Positions 20,048 to 24,000 of a stretch of 24,000 bases of DNA are shown piece by piece. The notes under the pieces are model-generated. The model was not told where the DNA came from, did no database searches, and was given only the letters and a program-made list of their open reading frames with translations. Source of the stretch: Pseudomonas pohangensis (GTDB lineage Bacteria > Pseudomonadota > Gammaproteobacteria > Pseudomonadales > Pseudomonadaceae). The stretch lies in contig NZ_LT629785.1 of the NCBI RefSeq assembly GCF_900105995.1, forward strand, positions 3,580,934 through 3,604,933. Reading direction: 5' to 3'. Each line of letters begins with the position of its first letter. The first letter of the stretch is position 1. The translations under genes and the position numbers were made by a program.

Positions 20048-20586
20048 CGATCAAAGCCTTCACTCAGGTGCAGCGCCGCCAGCTTCACATAGTTCGCGGC
20101 GCTGTAAGCGAAGTAGGCCCGCTCCTTGTCGGTTAGCGGGCGGGCCTGCCTGGCCGGGCTGCCGACATACAGATGGCCGCTGGTCAGGCGTTTGCCGGGC
20201 GGCACCAGACTGCCGGCGCCAATCACCACCTCGTCCTCGACCACTGCGCCATCCATGACGATGCTTCCCATGCCGACCAGAATGCGGTTGCCTAAAGTGC
20301 AACCGTGCAGCGTCACCTTGTGGCCGATGGTCACCTCGTCGCCGATCAGCAGTGGATAGCCGTCCGGGTTGAACGGGCCGGCGTGGGTGATGTGCAGTAC
20401 GCTGCCGTCCTGCACGCTGCTGCGCGCGCCGATGCGGATGTGGTGCATATCGCCGCGTATTACCGCGAGCGGCCATACCGAGCAATCATCACCCAGTTGC
20501 ACATCTCCGAGCACCACAGCGCTGCTGTCGACAAACACGCCTGCGCCGAGCTGCGGTGTCATGCCCTGATACGTTCTGATCGCCAC
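20044..20586 (-). CDS. yrdA: Gamma-carbonic-anhydrase-like hexapeptide-repeat protein (YrdA/CaiE/PaaY family)
   Basis: The track ORF (519 aa) is 5'-extended across the antisense of prlC. GTG at 20586 is preceded by AAGGA-N7 and gives 180 aa, VAIRTYQGMTPQLGAGVFVDSSAVVLGDV...VIRGDMHHIRIGARSSVQDGSVLH, with left-handed beta-helix repeats. The ATG at 20640 is an alternative start. Confidence 0.88.
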   Translation of the reverse strand: MAIRTYQGMTPQLGAGVFVDSSAVVLGDVQLGDDCSVWPLAVIRGDMHHIRIGARSSVQDGSVLHITHAGPFNPDGYPLLIGDEVTIGHKVTLHGCTLGNRILVGMGSIVMDGAVVEDEVVIGAGSLVPPGKRLTSGHLYVGSPARQARPLTDKERAYFAYSAANYVKLAALHLSEGFDR

Positions 20587-20685
20587 GTTGGTGTCCTTCT
20601 GGCTGCGGGAAAGGTTGATTGTAATTAAGATAGCGGCCATGCAGGTGCGTGTTTGCGCCGCGTCCATCGAACCAAGGATACTCCC

Positions 20686-22734
20686 GTGACCCCGAATAAC
20701 CCGCTTTTGCAGGATTTTGACCTGCCACCCTACTCCGCCATTCGCCCCGAGCATGTCGAGCCGGCGATCGATCAGATTCTGGCGCAAAACCGCCAGGCCA
20801 TTGCGCAGCTGCTGGAAGACCAGCATGCCGCGCCGAGCTGGGCGGGCCTGATTCTGGCGCTGGACGAACTGAACGCAAGGCTGGGGCGGGCCTGGGGACC
20901 GGTCAGTCATCTGAATGCAGTGTGCAACAGCACTGACATGCGCACGGCCTATGAGGCCTGCCTGCCCAGGCTGTCCGAATACTGGACCGAAATGGGGCAG
21001 AACAGGGCGCTGTTCGAGGCTTACAGCGCCCTGGCGAGCAGCCCCGAGGCGGCGGGCTTCGATGTGGCGCAGAAAACCATCCTCGAACATGCCCTGCGGG
21101 ATTTCCGGTTGTCCGGTATTGATCTGCCGGCGGCCGAACAGCAGCGTTATGGCGCGATCCAGATGAAGCTGTCCGAATTGACCAGCCAGTTTTCCAACCA
21201 GTTGCTGGACGCTACCCAGGCCTGGACCCGGCACGTTACCGATGAGGCGCTGCTGGCCGGCCTGCCGGACTCGGCAAAGGCGCAGATGGCGCAGGCGGCG
21301 GCTGCCAGGCAGCTGCAGGGCTGGCTGATCACGCTGGAATTTCCCAGCTATTACGCCGTGATGACGTACGCGGATGATCGTGCCCTGCGTGAGCAACTGT
21401 ACGCCGCCTACTGCACCCGCGCTTCCGGGCAGGGGCCGAATGCCGGTCAGTTCGACAACACCCCGCTGATGGAACATATCCTCGATCTGCGTCAGGAGCT
21501 GGCACATCTGCTGGGTTTCGCCCATTACGGCGAGTTGTCGCTGGAAGGCAAGATGGCCGAGTCGACCGACCAGGTGCTGCACTTTCTGCGCGATCTGGCA
21601 CAACGCAGCAAACCCTTTGCCCAGCGAGACCTGCAGCAGTTACAGGCCTTTGCCAGCGAGCAGGGCTGTGCCGACTTGCAGAGCTGGGATGTCGGCTACT
21701 ACAGTGAAAAGCTGCGCCAACAGCGTTACAGCCTTTCCCAGGAAGAGGTGCGTGCCTGGTTCCCGATCGACCAGGTGCTGTCCGGCCTGTTCGCCATAGT
21801 CCAGCGCCTCTACGGTATCGAAATCCGCGAACTGCAGGGCTTCGATAGCTGGCACCCGGATGTGCGCCTGTTTGAAATCAATGAGCAGGGCCGGCATGTC
21901 GGGCGCTTCTTCTTTGACCTCTATGCCCGCGCCAACAAGCGTGGCGGTGCCTGGATGGATGGCGCCCGCGACCAGCGGCGCAATGCCAGTGGTGAACTGA
22001 TCAGCCCGGTGGCCAATCTGGTGTGCAACTTCACCCCGGCGGTGAATGGTCAACCGGCGCTGCTGACCCACGATGAAGTGACCACCCTGTTCCATGAGTT
22101 CGGCCACGGTCTGCATCATTTGCTGACCCGTGTCGAACATGTCGGGGTGTCGGGCATCAATGGCGTGGCCTGGGATGCCGTGGAGTTGCCCAGCCAGTTT
22201 ATGGAGAACTGGTGCTGGGAGCCTGAAGGGCTGGCGCTGATTTCCGCACATTACGCAACCGGCGAGCCATTGCCGCAGGAGCTGCTGGGGAAAATGCTCG
22301 CAGCGAGGAACTTCCAGTCCGGACTGATGATGATGCGCCAGCTGGAGTTCAGCCTGTTCGATTTCGAGCTGCATGCCACCCATGGCGACGGGCGCACAGT
22401 GCTGCAGGTTGTCGAGAGTATTCGTGACGAGGTCGCGGTGCTGCGTCCGCCGGCATACAACCGCTTTGCCAACGGCTTCGCGCATATTTTCGCCGGCGGC
22501 TATGCGGCGGGCTATTACAGCTACAAGTGGGCCGAGGTGCTGTCTGCCGATGCCTTCTCGCGGTTCGAGGAGGAAGGCGTGCTGAATGCCGAAACCGGGC
22601 GGGCGTTTCGCGAGGCGATTCTGGCACGCGGCGGGTCGCAGGAGCCGATGCTGCTGTTTGTCGATTTTCGCGGCCGCGAACCGTCGATCGACGCCCTGTT
22701 GCGGCATTCCGGCCTGACCGGAGACGCGGCATGA
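20686..22734 (+). CDS. prlC: Oligopeptidase A (M3 family zinc metallopeptidase)
   Basis: GTG at 20686 is preceded by AAGGA-N7. The 682-aa product has an N-terminus (V)TPNNPLLQDFDLPPYSAIRPEH typical of OpdA, and the HExxH motif FHEFGHGLHH. Confidence 0.95.
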   Translation: MTPNNPLLQDFDLPPYSAIRPEHVEPAIDQILAQNRQAIAQLLEDQHAAPSWAGLILALDELNARLGRAWGPVSHLNAVCNSTDMRTAYEACLPRLSEYWTEMGQNRALFEAYSALASSPEAAGFDVAQKTILEHALRDFRLSGIDLPAAEQQRYGAIQMKLSELTSQFSNQLLDATQAWTRHVTDEALLAGLPDSAKAQMAQAAAARQLQGWLITLEFPSYYAVMTYADDRALREQLYAAYCTRASGQGPNAGQFDNTPLMEHILDLRQELAHLLGFAHYGELSLEGKMAESTDQVLHFLRDLAQRSKPFAQRDLQQLQAFASEQGCADLQSWDVGYYSEKLRQQRYSLSQEEVRAWFPIDQVLSGLFAIVQRLYGIEIRELQGFDSWHPDVRLFEINEQGRHVGRFFFDLYARANKRGGAWMDGARDQRRNASGELISPVANLVCNFTPAVNGQPALLTHDEVTTLFHEFGHGLHHLLTRVEHVGVSGINGVAWDAVELPSQFMENWCWEPEGLALISAHYATGEPLPQELLGKMLAARNFQSGLMMMRQLEFSLFDFELHATHGDGRTVLQVVESIRDEVAVLRPPAYNRFANGFAHIFAGGYAAGYYSYKWAEVLSADAFSRFEEEGVLNAETGRAFREAILARGGSQEPMLLFVDFRGREPSIDALLRHSGLTGDAA

Positions 22735-22997
22735 GCGAGCCGACCAAAAGGTTCATTGCCGGTGCCGTGTGCCCGGCATGTGGCGAGATGGACCGTATTC
22801 TGATGTGGAATGTCGATGACGTGCCGCACCGCGAATGCGTGGCCTGTGGCTATGCCGATACCCTCAATGCGCAAGGGCAGTCAGTGCCCAGCGAGCCTGG
22901 CTCGCGGGTCAACCGGAAGCAGGCCAGGGTGGCGGATCCGAAGGTGCAGACCGTGCAGTTCTTTCCCAATCCGAAACTGAAAAAGCCGGCGCCATGA
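22731..22997 (+). CDS. yheV: YheV-family putative zinc-ribbon protein
   Basis: 88 aa, MSEPTKRFIAGAVCPACGEMDRILMW...HRECVACGY, with two CxxC pairs. Its ATG overlaps the prlC stop (ATGA at 22731-22734). Confidence 0.8.
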   Translation: MSEPTKRFIAGAVCPACGEMDRILMWNVDDVPHRECVACGYADTLNAQGQSVPSEPGSRVNRKQARVADPKVQTVQFFPNPKLKKPAP

Positions 22998-23977
22998 TTC
23001 CAACCTGGGGCGAGATACTGACGCGGATTCCACGGCTTGAGCTGCAGGACTGGCAGGCCATGGGGCTGCTCAAAAGGTGGTTTGTCGCGACGCGCTCGGC
23101 AGTCTTCATCATGACGCTGATTTCTGCCGGCCTGGGCATTGCCTTCGCTGCTGAAATCGGCCCGTTGAACGGGTTGAATGCCCTGTTGGCCCTGCTCGGC
23201 CTGACACTGGCGCATGCCACCAACAATCTGCTGAATGACTGGGTGGATTTTCGCAAGGGCGTCGACCGGGACAATTACTTCCGCACCCAGTACGGGCCGC
23301 AGCCACTGGAAAGCGGCCTGCTCAGCGAATCAGCTCTGCTCGGCTACATCCTGCTGAGCGGAATGGCGGCATTCGGTTGCGGTGTGTGGCTGGTGCTGCG
23401 CACCGACATGCTGACGCTCTACCTGATGCTGGCAGGCGCTTTCTTCGTGCTCTTCTACACTTGGCCGCTGAAGTATATCGGCCTCGGCGAACCCTCGGTC
23501 TGGCTGGTCTGGGGACCGCTGATGGTGCTCGGCAGCTGTTATGTAGCCAGTGGTGCGGTGAGCGAGGCAGCGTTGTGGTTCTCGATCCTTTACGGTCTGG
23601 GGCCGACCACCGTGCTGCTCGGCAAGCATACCGACAAGCTGGAAGAAGATCGCTCCAGGGGTATTCATACCCTGCCGGTATTGCTCGGTGAACGTGGCAG
23701 CCGCTGGCTGACCATAGCCTGCTGGCTGCTGCAATACGCGGGGATTACCCTGGCCGTGCTGCTGGGTGTGCTGGGCTGGTCGTTTCTGCTGGTCTGGCTG
23801 GCGCTGCCGAAACTGATTACTGCATACAAGGTGTTTCGTCTGCCACGCCCGGCCGTCGCGCCGCAGCACTTGCCGGCTGGTGTCTGGCCGTTGTATCTGG
23901 TGGCTTTCGCCTTCGAGCACAATCGTGCGTTCAGTCTGGCCCTGCTGGCGGCCGTCATTCTGCAACTGGTTTTCTAA
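22994..23977 (+). CDS. UbiA-superfamily aromatic prenyltransferase, MenA-like
   Basis: ATG at 22994 overlaps the yheV stop (ATGA). The 327-aa product is polytopic. It has the first Asp-rich motif NNLLNDWVDFRKGVD, a central PLKYIGLGEPSVWLVWGPLMVLGSCY, and a second motif GKHTDKLEEDRSRGIHTLPVLLGE. These are colinear with E. coli MenA (NLANDYGDAVKGSD, PYGYIGLGDISV, RD...D...GK.TL.V.LGE) as I recall it. Confidence 0.88.
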   Translation: MIPTWGEILTRIPRLELQDWQAMGLLKRWFVATRSAVFIMTLISAGLGIAFAAEIGPLNGLNALLALLGLTLAHATNNLLNDWVDFRKGVDRDNYFRTQYGPQPLESGLLSESALLGYILLSGMAAFGCGVWLVLRTDMLTLYLMLAGAFFVLFYTWPLKYIGLGEPSVWLVWGPLMVLGSCYVASGAVSEAALWFSILYGLGPTTVLLGKHTDKLEEDRSRGIHTLPVLLGERGSRWLTIACWLLQYAGITLAVLLGVLGWSFLLVWLALPKLITAYKVFRLPRPAVAPQHLPAGVWPLYLVAFAFEHNRAFSLALLAAVILQLVF

Positions 23978-24000
23978 GGCACACTCAAGGCGCTGGGGAG

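Noticed and set aside
19884-20258. ORF with an SRPRSRPRSRP repeat that looked like a tandem-repeat protein.
   Set aside because: It is an out-of-frame reading of the KAEIEAKIQA-coding segment of the DUF1161-like gene and then runs antisense into yrdA, so it is an artefact.
20587-21603. The 5' two-thirds of the 519-aa minus-strand ORF 20044-21603, which could suggest a large fusion protein.
   Set aside because: Only the last 180 codons resemble a known family (the gamma-CA-like beta-helix). The upstream part is antisense to prlC and low-complexity. A GTG with a good RBS sits at the homologous N-terminus.

Overview
High-GC gammaproteobacterial chromosome segment with Pseudomonas-type gene order, recalled from memory of P. 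aeruginosa PAO1 (PA0017-PA0025, trpA/trpB/trpI, prlC neighbourhood). Most of it is ordinary core genome. Left third: rsmB (5' end) <- fmt <- def, then tsaP-like LysM protein, dprA, tsaC, hemF, aroE, ppk2 and pbpG. Middle: trpA <- trpB with divergent trpI. From 12.0 to 20.0 kb there is a run of cell-envelope genes. It holds two tandem, diverged FadL/TodX-family outer-membrane channels with visibly lower GC. A convergent 779-aa six-MCE-domain LetB/PqiB-like protein follows, with no PqiA/LetA or PqiC partner in the window. Then come dodecin, a convergent pair of paralogous small lipoproteins, a lipoprotein HExxH putative aminopeptidase and a DUF1161-like protein. Right end: gamma-carbonic-anhydrase-like yrdA, then divergent prlC coupled by ATGA overlaps to yheV and a MenA-like UbiA prenyltransferase. 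I found no rRNA, tRNA, CRISPR, transposase or integrase, and no recognisable defence or toxin-antitoxin genes. I cannot demonstrate a novel system from sequence alone. The best follow-up candidates are the orphan six-MCE protein next to the FadL pair, the uncharacterised convergent lipoprotein paralogs, and the prlC-yheV-menA-like unit. Many ORF-track entries are 5'-extended versions of real genes or antisense shadow ORFs typical of GC-rich DNA. Starts were re-picked by hand.
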